Below are positions 46,901-57,470 of a stretch of 64,000 nucleotides of DNA, in pieces. The notes beneath the pieces were generated by a model. That model made no database searches. It was given only the letters and a program-made list of their open reading frames with translations, and was not told where the DNA came from. Numbering within the stretch: the stretch's first letter is position 1; every line of letters begins with the position of its first letter. The position numbers and the translations under genes were made by a program. The DNA lies in the NCBI GenBank assembly GCA_044892525.1, contig CM097886.1, forward strand, positions 92,752,001-92,816,000, written 5' to 3'. The DNA comes from Schmidtea polychroa (Eukaryota).

Positions 46901-48068
46901 TAAAAATTTTCTAAAAATGTGAAATTGGAAAAAAAGCCAAATTATCAATAAAAATCATTAAAAATTTATTTTTATACCTTTAAGAGAAAAAAAAATTTTT
47001 TAATTTCAAATTCAAATACCCCAAATACTGCCAAAAAATCCAAATATTATTTCTAGATTATAAACATAACAAACTTATTAACGTGAAAAAAAAATTTTAA
47101 AAAAAGGTAAATTAGGAAAAAAGGCAAAATATCCCATGGGAAATACTCCCAAGAACAATCTAAGTATTATTTCTCAAATGGATCATACTGCCAAAAAATC
47201 TAACATCAAAAATTTATTTTTATACCTTTTTAACGTGAAAAAAATTTTTATTTAAATTTAAAAAAATGTGACATTGGAAAAAAATTCAAAATATCAATAA
47301 AAATTATTAAAAATTTATTTTCATACCTTTTAAACGTGAAAAAAATTAAATTGGAAAAAAAAATTTTCCAAGCCAAAATAGTGTAATAACATGCCGATAG
47401 TATAATTGGTAATCAAGGAAACTCCATTATTTCAGGTCTAATTCCCCTTGAATACCATCTGACACCGAGAATGAAAGGCTTGGAATTGGTGTTAGAAAAT
47501 CTCGGTGATAGATTAGATGCATTTTATAACGTAACGATTTTGTTTGAGGACAAATCGAATTACAGAAAAGGAAAACCATGGAAACGAGTTCTCCCTGGAA
47601 TGTTTGGTATTGAATTTTATTGTTTTTTTTTCTATCCAGCAATTAAAACCCCCTGCATATTATATTGTCAGATTGGTATCGAACGAAAAGGGTGATACAC
47701 ATTAACATTGAAAGGCTTAGCCTGTCGGAAATACCGAGATCTGGTGAAGCGTTGCGTAATTGGTTGCATAATTTGTTCATTGAGAAAGATGAGTTTGTAA
47801 TTTCAAAAAGGAAATTATAATGACGAATTGAAATTCTAGATTAATGAGAAAGATCTTAACAAAAGAAATAAGCTCGACTGATTCGAATTGGCCGTTGAAA
47901 AATTGCAAACGTCAACAGCTAAAATGGCTTGAAACTCTTCCGTGCTTTCTTTTTCTGTTGGGTGTTACGGTTTTATTTCTTTTATCGCCCTGGGGTCGCG
48001 TTCTATATTTGGCAATAACAATTGGATTTGGATTTCTGGGGATACTTTACGCTTTCCTGCGCATCTAG
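22988..48068 (+). CDS. AGPAT5: 1-acylglycerol-3-phosphate acyltransferase epsilon orthologue; exons 22988-23176, 23218-23296, 23343-23458, 37509-37595, 37644-37734, 47436-47606, 47672-47792, 47840-48068 (360 aa)
   Basis: All introns are GT-AG and the phases join into one frame of 1083 nt. Motifs: LDEKLYSIYQ, ENVLYICNHQST|VDW, RYILKDELKFIPLYGFYF, HGCIYV, VVFPEGTRY, LTPRMKG, RNWLH..F..KD and a C-terminal TM pair. Colinear with animal AGPAT5. Confidence 0.9.
24510..25200. repeat. Dispersed repeat, copy 2 (copy 1 at ~8365-9230)
   Basis: Same orientation and colinear blocks as copy 1, with internal deletions. Confidence 0.85.
26694..27086. mobile_element. 393-bp non-autonomous element with Polinton/Maverick-type ends
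   Basis: TATTGG|AGTAGATGGATTGGGCACCGCTAGCACAGTA ... TACTGTGCTAGCGGTGCCCAATCCATCTACT|TATTGG. TIRs are ~128 bp and nearly perfect; the 6-bp TSD is perfect. Confidence 0.75.
28915..29658 (-). CDS. FCP1/CTDP1-like HAD phosphatase, catalytic domain only (copy A)
   Basis: KLVLVCDIDETLLHT (DxDxT), VKLRP.LDDFLE, LIDPE..YFGNRI, VAVIDDRVDIW, DTDNHL..LE..L..IH..YF; ends before a BRCT domain; no introns. Confidence 0.88.
   Translation of the reverse strand: MKYSQEYSRNLLKAGKLVLVCDIDETLLHTVFVKDQINHRTLKDIESVELKSSEYPCCFVKLRPNLDDFLERISNKFELHAMSLGNSNYVNIAMELIDPEMLYFGNRITTARNIVNQFYKLRTLANQFAKNDNIVAVIDDRVDIWEHSQKVVQVTPYNVLKEAIDITNDRNLRFSNARVRLTQEALERIQDTDNHLLELESTLNSIHQYYFQSISSEVKGNKFEVSISDLPKMEEIMEEMRIKRIIS
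31985..32027 (-). mobile_element. Possible Helitron 5' end fragment
   Basis: Minus strand A|TCTATCTATATAAAGAAGAATGTTTGTTTGTCTG resembles non-autonomous Helitron 5' ends. No 3' CTRR with hairpin found. Confidence 0.3.
32478..33221 (+). CDS. FCP1/CTDP1-like HAD phosphatase, catalytic domain only (copy B)
   Basis: 247 aa; differs from copy A at ISNKF/ISDKF and GNKFE/GNNFE plus at least three synonymous sites. Confidence 0.88.
   Translation: MKYSQEYSRNLLKAGKLVLVCDIDETLLHTVFVKDQINHRTLKDIESVELKSSEYPCCFVKLRPNLDDFLERISDKFELHAMSLGNSNYVNIAMELIDPEMLYFGNRITTARNIVNQFYKLRTLANQFAKNDNIVAVIDDRVDIWEHSQKVVQVTPYNVLKEAIDITNDRNLRFSNARVRLTQEALERIQDTDNHLLELESTLNSIHQYYFQSISSEVKGNNFEVSISDLPKMEEIMEEMRIKRIIS
34905..35090 (+). 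mobile_element. Penelope-like 3' fragment
   Basis: Encodes TLLIRSLYPKINT, matching ALLIKSLNPKINV of the 5308 ORF, followed by the same AT-rich tail. Confidence 0.6.
35184..35584. mobile_element. hAT-type MITE, 401 bp
   Basis: CAGGGGTTCACAACCT ... AGGTTGGGAATCCCTG with a perfect 8-bp TSD CTCCAGGA. Confidence 0.9.
36374..36612. mobile_element. piggyBac-type MITE, 239 bp
   Basis: TTAA|CCTTTTCGCGGCG ... CGGCGCAAAAAGG|TTAA. Confidence 0.8.
39900..40215 (+). mobile_element. Penelope-like 3' fragment with the 3' half of the hammerhead
   Basis: NNY..VICKALLIKSLYRKINV remnant; 40168-40193 reads ACAGGAAGTGTC GAA ATATAT C GTA, with CTGATGA missing. Confidence 0.65.
40402..40545 (+). pseudogene. pogo/Tigger-like DDE transposase remnant
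   Basis: ALLIVYNASSHP ... PNNVMQLIQPMDQSIIVSLKKLYKK, compared with the family pattern LLxDNAPSH ... PPNTTxxIQPMDQG. Confidence 0.7.
41290..41420 (-). mobile_element. Penelope-like 3' tail with decayed hammerhead (41313-41352)
   Basis: Minus strand CTAC TTAGTAA T GACAG GGAAA ATGTT AAA ATATAT C GTG; flanks match 5050-5160. Confidence 0.55.
45441..45542. repeat. Near-perfect ~100-bp palindrome in AGPAT5 intron 5
   Basis: GTAATGGTGTAACATTTTTTGTCGGATGTCTCACTTgAATAAAATAAA-ctatt-TTTATTTTATTaAAGTGAGACATCCGACAAAAAAATGTTACACCATTAC. Confidence 0.95.
46330..47400. repeat. AT-rich degenerate satellite-like array
   Basis: Recurrent blocks CAAAATATCCC, ATCTAAGTATT, AAAATCATTAAAAA, ATACCTTTTAACGTGAAAAAAA; GTGTAATAACATRCCGATAGTATAATT occurs twice. 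Confidence 0.75.
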
Positions 48069-48276
48069 ATCGGATATACATACATATATATGGATTATAT
48101 ATGCTTTTGAATGCTTTTCCAGGTGGCTGCTGAGTTCGATTTAATATAAAATGTTGTCTTTTTGTATATTTGTGTTATATATCTATATAATTATATTTAT
48201 AAATTTAGTATTAAAAAAATCGATATAATTTTTTTTGCACTTATTATTGATTTTGATATTGATTTATATCGTGTAA

Positions 48277-49283
48277 TAGTTACAATTAACATTTATCAGT
48301 TGTTTTAATGAACTGGTAGCCATTTTGAAGGAAAAGTTATTTTTGTTTTAATGAAGTGATGACTTAATTATTGATTATCAATATGAATCTATAAATAATA
48401 CACAAAATATCGGTTTATGATAATAATCTTTCTAATTCGTGTCAATTTAGTACTTCCATTTTTTGTTTGTGTGCAACAGATAAAAATCCAATTTATATAT
48501 CGAAATTAAAGGAACTACGCCTAAACGAAAAATAATTAATAATTATGCCGGGTCGCTGATAGATTTGTCATCAACTCTTTCCTGGTATTTTGTCTAATAG
48601 TTACAAATAATATTTATAAGTTGTTTTAATGAAGTGAGGACTTAATTGTTGATTATCAATCTGGATCTATAAATGATACACAAAATATCGGTTTATGATA
48701 ACAATCTAATTTTCTAATTCTTGTCAATTTCCTACTTTCAGTTTTTTATTGTGTACCACAGGCAAAAATAAGATTTATCTATCGAATTTAAAGGAATTAC
48801 TCTAAATACCATCTGTAAATGAAAAATAATTAATAATCATTCCGGATCGCTGATAGATTTGTCATCAACTCTTCCCTGGTATTTTTTTAGGAAGGTCGAT
48901 TTAATTTTTCTGTTTGTTCATTCAGGCGGCGTTTCGTCTAATAGTAACAATTAAAATTAATCGGTTGTTTTTATGAACTTGTCGCCATTTTGAAGAAAAA
49001 ATTATTTTTGTTTTAATGAACTGATGACTTAATTGTTGATGATCAATCTGGATCTATTAATAATATGTACAATATCGGTTTATGATAATGATCTTTTCTA
49101 ATTCGTGTCAATTTCTACTTTTAGTATTTTCTTGTTTACCACAGGCAAAAATCCGATTTATGTATCGAAATTAAAGGATTGTGCTAAATTATTTCCCAAT
49201 CGACCATTTAGCTATCATCTGAAAATGAAAATTCATTAATAGTCATTCGGGGTCGCTGATAGATTTGTCATCAACGCTTTCCT
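48277..49283. repeat. Three-copy diverged tandem repeat (~300-350 bp units)
   Basis: Each unit contains AATATCGGTTTATGATAA and GTCGCTGATAGATTTGTCATCAAC. Confidence 0.85.
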
Positions 49284-49329
49284 AAACTCCTTCATGACTA
49301 TTTTACTATTTATCATTTATATACTCAAA

Positions 49330-49830
49330 GTCACTACGGTGTTGGTGATGATGTACAGTCAATGAACAAGTGAGTTCCCTTACTAGAACTACTTCTATTT
49401 GTACATTCGCTATCGGAATCAAGGGTGAAAGGTCTTACGTCGCTTAATTATGTATTCATTTCTGGAATTAGATGTGCCCATCTTTCAAAAATTGGAACAA
49501 GGGTTTGTCTTTATATCGTGTTTACAACTTAGTCTTAGACTACCTTTCCTATTTTTGCACATCGTTCTGCTTATATTTTATGGAAATTACCTAGTCGTTT
49601 GTTCTTCAAATCATTGATTCAAATTTATTACCATCCTTTCAATTATCGAGTATAATTCTAATTTTGACCTATCTAAATCATTTCGCTGACCCTCCTACCT
49701 TAGAAAGCTAACCAGGATCCTCGAAACGTCCAACTTATGCTCAAAATTGTGGTATAAGTCCGTATCCAAATGATTCAGTCAACTAATTTCTGTTCCGAAG
49801 CTTGCTTAGTCTCATGCCACAATCAATTAA
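49330..49830 (-). pseudogene. Highly degenerate Ty3/Gypsy reverse transcriptase remnant
   Basis: Broken frames give MCKNRKGSLRLSC..DIKTNP and HLIPEMNT.LSDVRPFTLD. Confidence 0.4.
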
Positions 49831-50689
49831 TATTACAACCAATATTTGATTGTTTTGTGTTGCCAATGAATCTTATTCCTCAAATTAGACCCATATAAGC
49901 ATAGTAATTATGAATTAAGAAATGAAAACAAAGCATAAGCATCATTTATTTCATAATAATATATATACAATGTAGGTGACATTGTAGGTGAATGCTAAAA
50001 CTGGGGAAATGAGCATGCTAAAATGAAATTTCGGGGTCTATTAATATCAATTTTTGGTATTCATTACCTGCCATTATCAAATCAATGTGGTTAATTCTAA
50101 GAATTTTAGATTGGCAGCGCGCACATACATGGATACTGCCTGGTTTATTCAATCTATTTTAAATTAAATTAGGTTTTTTTTAATTATCTTATTATAAGCA
50201 CGATGACACTATTCGCATGATTTATCCTTCTGCGTGTTGGTTTTTATCGCTCATTCTATTAATTATTTAATAAAATTAGACTTATTCTTTTTCATTTTCT
50301 CTTTTAAATTCTGCACTTTTTGTCATAGCTCCTTCTTATGTAAATACGAGTCATAACTTTTGTAATAAATTTTAGTATGGTCCTTTCCCTGTACGACCAA
50401 TAATCATTCCTAATTTTCTATCATTCTTTTGTTCATTATTCTTTTCTTATCGAGCTGCCAGACTCTTTGAGTGCGTCGTTTCTCTCTTAACAATGTCGGT
50501 TCTTGCGTCTTCTTGTGTTTCGTCATTTTAATTATACGTGTTAAATGATCTTCAAGATTTTACGTACTTTGCCAGGGATTTGAAAATCTAGTACAAAATT
50601 CTTGATAAATATGATTTCGTCTAATACGGTCGTTATGATTGGTCTATATTATTTTACTAAACGCCACAATATTTTAGCTTGAATTTTTT

Positions 50690-50814
50690 TTCGGGTTGGG
50701 TCGGGTTCGGACTATAATAAATTATGAAGAGTCGGATTCGTGTCGGGTTGGGCCATTTTGGTTTCGGGGCGGGTCGGGTCGGATAAAAATTTTACAGGCC
50801 CGTGCAGGTTTCTA
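50690..50814. mobile_element. hAT-like element right end
   Basis: A cluster of CGGGT repeats ends in GGCCCGTGCAGGTTTCTA (reverse: TAGAAACCTGCACGGGCC). No left end seen. Confidence 0.5.
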
Positions 50815-51538
50815 AAACATACCAAAAACATCCTAATGTTGAATAGGATATTAAAAATGTTTCTTTATAACTAAATGCTCAGATCCGGAAAAAAATTGTT
50901 GGGATTCTGTGAAAATCTGCAAAAAAATTATTAAGAATTAATTAGGGAATCTCAAAGTCCAAAAATCAGAAATTGTCAGTTAAAAGTGCTGACAGGTGAC
51001 AAATTTAAAGAGAAAAAATGAATACAATAATTTCTAATATAATATTCTTTAAAAGGACATAAATAAATTTGAAAATTGTTTATCCCATTTATTCTGACAA
51101 TCGCGTAAACCAAAATAGCTTGTCAAATTAATTAAAATTTATTTATTGTGATGGATTTTGCCACCGGCTTTTATTAAATTGACCAGCACATTTGCACTTT
51201 TTATTGATTTATTGATATCTAATAAAGTAAACTTTTATATTCAATTAGTGAATACAATTGTATAAACTAAAATAATAAAAATTTGTATTAAATATAAATG
51301 TCCTGAGCTATTTATTCCTTGCAAGAATCAATCTAAAGGAATTATTTCATATGTTGGAATCAAGACCTTAAGAAAGTGGTTAACACTAGATTTACGAAAT
51401 CCGTCAAATTGACGAATTTCGAATTGTTCAAAATGAAATATCATTTTATATGTATTTATCAACATGACGGCGCTAGGTAAAAAGAAGGTATGCAACTTCT
51501 TCCATAAATCTAGTATTAAAACAAACGTTCTTCAATTT

Positions 51539-51900
51539 CAGCAGTGGCCAACCCGTGGCATGCAACCTGCATGCGGCCTGCCAAATTATTTGAATTTTAC
51601 ATTGAAAAAATTGTATGTAACTAATACAATATAAAATACAAAAACTGCTCATAAATTTTTGTATGCAATTTTACAATTTAATTTTTTATTTTACATAAGT
51701 ACTACTTGTAAATATACATTTACATAAATCCATTTTAATTAATTTTAGGAATTTTTTTTATAATTATTTTGATATAATGTAAGTCAGATCGATTTATATA
51801 TGTATAAACTGTTAAATTTGGTTGACTTTTTTATGCAGCCCGCCTGCCTTCAAAAATTGTACCATGCGGCCCAGATGCTGCAAAAGGGTAAACTCCCACG
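51539..51900. mobile_element. Degenerate hAT-type MITE
   Basis: Left end CAGCAGTGGCCAACCCGTGGC and internal TGCGGCC motifs at both ends; the right TIR is eroded. Confidence 0.45.
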
Positions 51901-52539
51901 TTCTACTTGATACTTCTTGTCTGCTGACTTAATGAAAACTTTCAATTTTTAGCTCATAGTATTCTTATTCTTTGTGAAAGTCTCCAATCATCTTGTATAC
52001 TGATATTGTTGATGATAATAATTGCATATTTAAATTTTTTCAAATTATTGTGTACATTTTGCCAGCGCTCTTTTGGCTAGGCACAGAGAAAAATTCAATA
52101 AAACTTTTGCATTTTATCAGAATCCCAAAATGATTTCCAATTTCTAAAAATATAAAACCAAACTATCATTCTTAGAATTTGTACAAGTTTTGCATATTTG
52201 ATATCACATTTAAGTAAATTTTGACACACGATTTTTCGATAAACAAACCTAAATTGTACGTAAATACTCGTATTGTATAGTTATTGCTCAATATGGATAT
52301 AGTGAGACAACTGATCAGAAAGGTCACCTAACATATTTAAATATCGTGCATTAATCAAAATAATAATAATTTTATACATAGAAATCGCGATTCCCGAGTA
52401 TTCAATCAATCGTTTGAAATTTCGGTAAAAATTCACATTCGTCACTTAGACTCCTTTCCTAAAGAATACTTAACTTAAAAGTTTTTTACACAAAAAATAT
52501 TTCTTTTTTGGCTATCGATCAATATTTTGTGTTATTATA

Positions 52540-53530
52540 AGAAAGCGCCAATCAAACATTCGTTCCACGATATATTTCATCATCAAGTAGGATATAATAA
52601 CTATAGAAATTATAGATTTTTGAAAAAAATTAATTTATTATTATTAATTGTATTAATGAGAATATAAAAAACAATGTGTATTTTTAGTTAAGTCTTTTCA
52701 AATCCAAGGCAGTACAACTATGCTTGCGCTACCTATTCCCGTAGTTTGTCGGTCTTTTCGGCACAACAAAGTACATAGACGAGTGCCGGTTTAACCGGTC
52801 CAGTTAAATTTATCGTTGTGCTCGGCTACGCGCGCAAACCACCTCCACTTCTCCGTATTTGACACATTTACTTGTGTTAGAAATACCATCGAAGAAAAAA
52901 GGTTAAACGGTTTGGCTTTGCTATGTATTCATCAAGACATTAAAATTAGTCCGGATGAAAAACATTTTGAATTAATAAAGGGACAAAGACGAATTAATAT
53001 GATATTGTAATATATTCGATGTAATACATTGTTAATAATTAATAATAAATTTATTAATTATTTTAAAATATTTTTTTCTATTTTTCCGTGTATACTTTTA
53101 ACATTGCTCGATGAATTGCAATAATTAATAATTTTGAAATCCTGGTTACGTCCCTGTTAAAAATTATAATTCAAATAATATTATTTTTTTAAATTTTAAA
53201 ATATTGAAATTTAAATTAATAATTTTTTAATTTAACAATCTATACATTCCATAGACAAAAAATTATTTAAAAAAAAATTAAAAACACAAGTATTCACTGC
53301 ATTCTGCACATTAATTTTCGGATTCAATGACTTTATTAATAACACTTCACAAATTACACGTTCCCAATAATTATCGAAATTTTTTAATAACATTTTGAAA
53401 TCAGACATACCTATTTTACTCTTACATCCATTATTATACTCACTAATATTGGTCAATGCCTTTGGTCTATAATGTTCTCTAGCTCGAATGCAGAGATAAC
53501 GGGAAGTCTATCCAATGTATGTGATCAACC
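52540..53530 (-). mobile_element. Penelope-like 3' fragment (GIY-YIG remnant and hammerhead lacking stem II), interrupted by a hAT fragment
   Basis: 53232-53530 is colinear with 5308-5560 (ITYIG*TSR...NYWERVICEVLLIKSLNPKINVQ). 52565-52590 minus strand reads CTAC TTGATGA T GAA ATATAT C GTGG. Confidence 0.8.
52860..53156 (+). mobile_element. 3' end of a hAT transposon (dimerization-domain remnant plus right TIR)
   Basis: VRNTIEEKRLNGLALLCIHQDIKI...RRINMIL*; ends CCTGGTTACGTCCCTG (reverse: CAGGGACGTAACCAGG). Confidence 0.75.
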
Positions 53531-54552
53531 TCGAAATTACTTATCAAATTAAAAGGCACTCGTGAGAAATTCGCACTGAGAAAATATTAAGATGAATATC
53601 AAGAACTGCTTTATTCAACATAAAGAAACCCTTACATATTGAAAAAGAAATGACGATAAAGGAAGTTGGAAAAAAACCAATGATAAAAAGAAATCAAAGT
53701 TTAATCCTTATTTAACAAAAGAATCTTTCAAAAGAAAAGAATTTTGAAAAACTAATAATATTTGTGTTTAATATGTTTCAGAAGTGAATTTGCCATAATT
53801 GACAGTATTGACTTACCGCAAAATCTTTCAGTGTGTTACAAAAAAACTAAAAATTAGCGTAAAATATTTCGTTTTATTTCCTGATTGGTGGTACAATTTG
53901 TCAAATTAAAATAATTTTAAAATTAGAAATAAATAAATTTGGAAAAAACACCAAAGCTCAAGGACAGACGCGCTTTAGAGACACAAATGAGATACCTATT
54001 ACTGATTTTCTTGTTTTTAGTCCTTCTATGTGGAATGGATACCTCTGTTTGGGTAAATCTAGAGTATTGGAGGATTTGCCACTCAACATACGAATGAATA
54101 TTTCGAGGTTTTAGATGCTATATGTATCTTAGTAAAAATATGTTTATAAGTTTCTTGTCTTGTTTGGATGTATTATAGACAAATGTATATGATAAGAAGA
54201 TCTTGTCGAAAATACACCTATCCATTCACACAGAACATACCTAAAAGTATTTAACAGCAAAAATAATACTAATAACTTGTTACAAATTACTAGAGATTTT
54301 ACCTGCCAATAAATTGATAGATTCAATCTCAAATTTAAAATTAAAAAAATCGCGAAATCCCCATCCATATACGAAGTTGTTGGTAGAAAGCTGAGCCGCT
54401 AGAACAGAAGAGCACTGAATACGTAAATTTATGACGTTATTGAAAATTTTAAAATATTTATTGATCCTTACGTCTTTCTCCGTATTTGTTGATGTGGTCT
54501 CTCTACACGAAATACCACTGAGATACATTTTTTATAGAAGTGGGTAGTCTGT

Positions 54553-54663
54553 ACAGCAATTGACTCACCAATTTAATAAATTTTATTTTTATAGAAATTT
54601 ATTTTAGCCATTTTTGATTTTATCCATAAGATTTTAAGTCAACTTTAAGGCTTGAATTTTGAT

Positions 54664-54734
<71 letters not shown>

Positions 54735-57470
54735 TTCTTAATTATTGCTTTTAGTCAACACTGTTTTATAAATTATTTTTAATTAATTTTAGGAAGTTTT
54801 TTTATAATTATTTTGATATAATGTAAGTCAGATCGATTAATAATTATAATTTAATAATTAAATCAATCGCCAAAAATGTATTTTTAAAACATTTCTAAAT
54901 TTAATATCAGAAATTCTAATGAATATTTAACTTAATTTTAACTCAAAAATAATTCTTATGATGATATTTCGTCTTTTTCATGACAATTTAACATAGTTTC
55001 TTTAAAAATGCATTTATAAACATTTTCAGCGATCATATTTTTTCTAAAAATTGTCTAAAATAAAGTTATTATAGAAACGTATATCAGCGGCGCATTTCTA
55101 TATATCGAAAGTTTGCATGTGTTTTTTAGTATGTGCTGTGTTTGTGTGCAGTTTAATTTTTCTACCACTTTAGATTTCGATAGTGTAAGGTATATCTCAT
55201 TGCACTATCAAATAGAACATCAACATGAAATCAAAGTAAGTATGTATGTTTCTACACCAAAGCACATTTGATTATCATTAATGAGATATTGATTTAGCAG
55301 TGTCAATTGGATGGATGCATTATCGTGGATCAAATGAATCCAGAGCCATCGTTTCACAGTCAATTCGGTTATAAATGACTGATATGATTCCTTTTTAAAA
55401 GAGCCAATAATAATTTATGAATGGATTGGCTGATCTTTGGATATTGCCAAAACTAGATTGCTATAAATTAGATTGCCTACTCGTGATCTACCGAATCTCT
55501 TGTTCGTCCATGTATTGTTAGAGCATTCATCTACGAATTTCTTGAAATGGAATAGTTGATTCTGAAGAAGCTTCTGCATATCCTCATACATTTTTTATAA
55601 TTGTTTTAAAATTGAAAATTTTTAGCTTATTGAATGTTCGTTTACTAAATCAATGTCCTATGGTGTGTATTTTTTATTATAGAAAATTTGTGATTAAGTA
55701 TTTATTTATTTTTCTTCCAGCAGCGATTTTTTTTCTTTCTTTCTATAGTGTAATTGCTAATTTAATGTCACTTCTGGCTACGACACACACACATTTATTA
55801 TTGATAAGCTAATACACCTAATTCCAGATGTTAAAAGTCTCTATAATACACGTTGGTGTGTTCATCAGTTGATGACTCACCATTTATGAGAATGTGAAGT
55901 TATTTACTTCATTTCATTTATTCAATTTTACAAGTAAGTTTTTTTTTAATTTAAGTAACTTTTAAGGTTTGAATTTTGATTTTATAAAATTATGTGATCA
56001 CTATTCAAGCTTTTAAATGTTGATTATAAATTTTTTTTAATTAATTTTCAGGATTTTTATAGGATTTTTATAACTATGAATTTATTTGGAATTATTTCAA
56101 TAAAATGTAAGTTAGATTAATATTTTTAACTATGAATAAATAAAGAAAACACCAAAAACATTTATTTTTTAAGACATTTAAGAAAGAAGCGGAGTAGTTT
56201 TTAAAGTTTTTGTAATGTTCTTTATCCAGTTCATTTATATAGCGAATTTTGTCATTTTATGTAATTCTATGAAATTATTATTTTTTTATACAAGTTATAA
56301 AAATTTACGATTTTCGAATTTTTTTCCAGAAAAATATCTAAAAATCTAAAGAAATAATAACTTCAAAAATATTTTATAAATAGATTTTACGATGTTTTGT
56401 CGTCCTTTTATCGAAAACTCAAAGTAGAGTTGTCCGATTGAAAATCCAAATTTTTTTCTGCCATGAATTTTAATATATTAAAAATAATGATATGTTAACA
56501 ATATGTTAATGACTTTCTACTTTCGGAATAAAAAAAGCTATATTAAATTTACGTGTATTTTATATTATGTGTGCTGTGTTTGTATGTAAAATTATTTTTC
56601 TGTCACTTTCTCAATTCCTACACCAAAGCGCATTTGATTATCATAAATGAGACATTCATTTAGCTATGTCAAATAAGCTTTGTTTTGGATTTTAGTTAAT
56701 TTTAAGATTTTTTGTTAAAATAATGAATAAAGAAGTAAGATATTTATTTATTTATTATAATATACATAAAATTTTTCATAGTTCACCTAAAATATCAAGT
56801 ATTTAGGGAAGAATCTTTAATATGATTTTTGAAATTATTATGATCTGGTTTTCGAAGTTCCTCGTTAACTGCTTGGAATATTGCAGTAAATCATTCATTG
56901 AAGGTAAATCTGTCTGGTAAATCCATCAGCCGAAGAAACTTTAATCCTTACCACATTTTTAATTTTGCGCAACACTTTCGATGGGGTTCAAAAATGGATT
57001 ATATGGCAACTTTTCTATTTGAATAGTCAATGAAGATATATTATTGTAAATGGATTAGCTCATCTTTGGATATTGAGACCTCGATTTGTTGGTATATTGT
57101 TATAAATTCTATTGTCTACTCGTGATCTACCGAATCTCTTGTTCGTCCATCTATTGAAGAGCATTCATCTATGAATTTCTTGAAATGAAATAGTCGATTC
57201 TGATGAAGTTTCTGACATATTCTCGTATATTTTTTTATAATTAATTAATTTTAAATTGAAAATTTTTAGCTAATTGAATGTCCGCATGATAAATCAATGT
57301 CCTATAGTGTGTATTTTTTATTATAGAACCGTGTTTGTATTTATTTATTTTTCTTCCAACAGCGATTTTTTTTATCTTCCTATAGTGTAATAGCCAATTT
57401 AATGTCACCTAGCTAATTCAATGTCCCTTCTGGCTATGACACACACATTTATTATAGGTAAGTTAATATT
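54553..57470 (-). mobile_element. Two adjacent degenerate IS630/Tc1-like elements (~54553-55810 and ~55865-57470)
   Basis: Colinear direct repeat. Minus-strand frames give FVDECSNNTWTNKRFGRSRVG (D1), LIHDNASI (D2) and KLPYNPFLNPIES (E). Both copies begin at a CAG..TGACTCACCA end motif. Confidence 0.7.
54666..54731. repeat. (TA)n microsatellite, ~33 units
   Basis: Pure AT/TA run. Confidence 0.98.

Noticed and set aside
47471-47695. ORF 47471..47695 as an independent gene, or acceptor at 47639
   Set aside because: It is AGPAT5 exon 6 read into intron 6. The 47639 acceptor leads to a stop, while 47671 restores homology.
49015-49045. Other CTGATGA hits (49021, ~36191, ~57200) as hammerheads
   Set aside because: No stem II followed by GAAA and no cleavage-site geometry.
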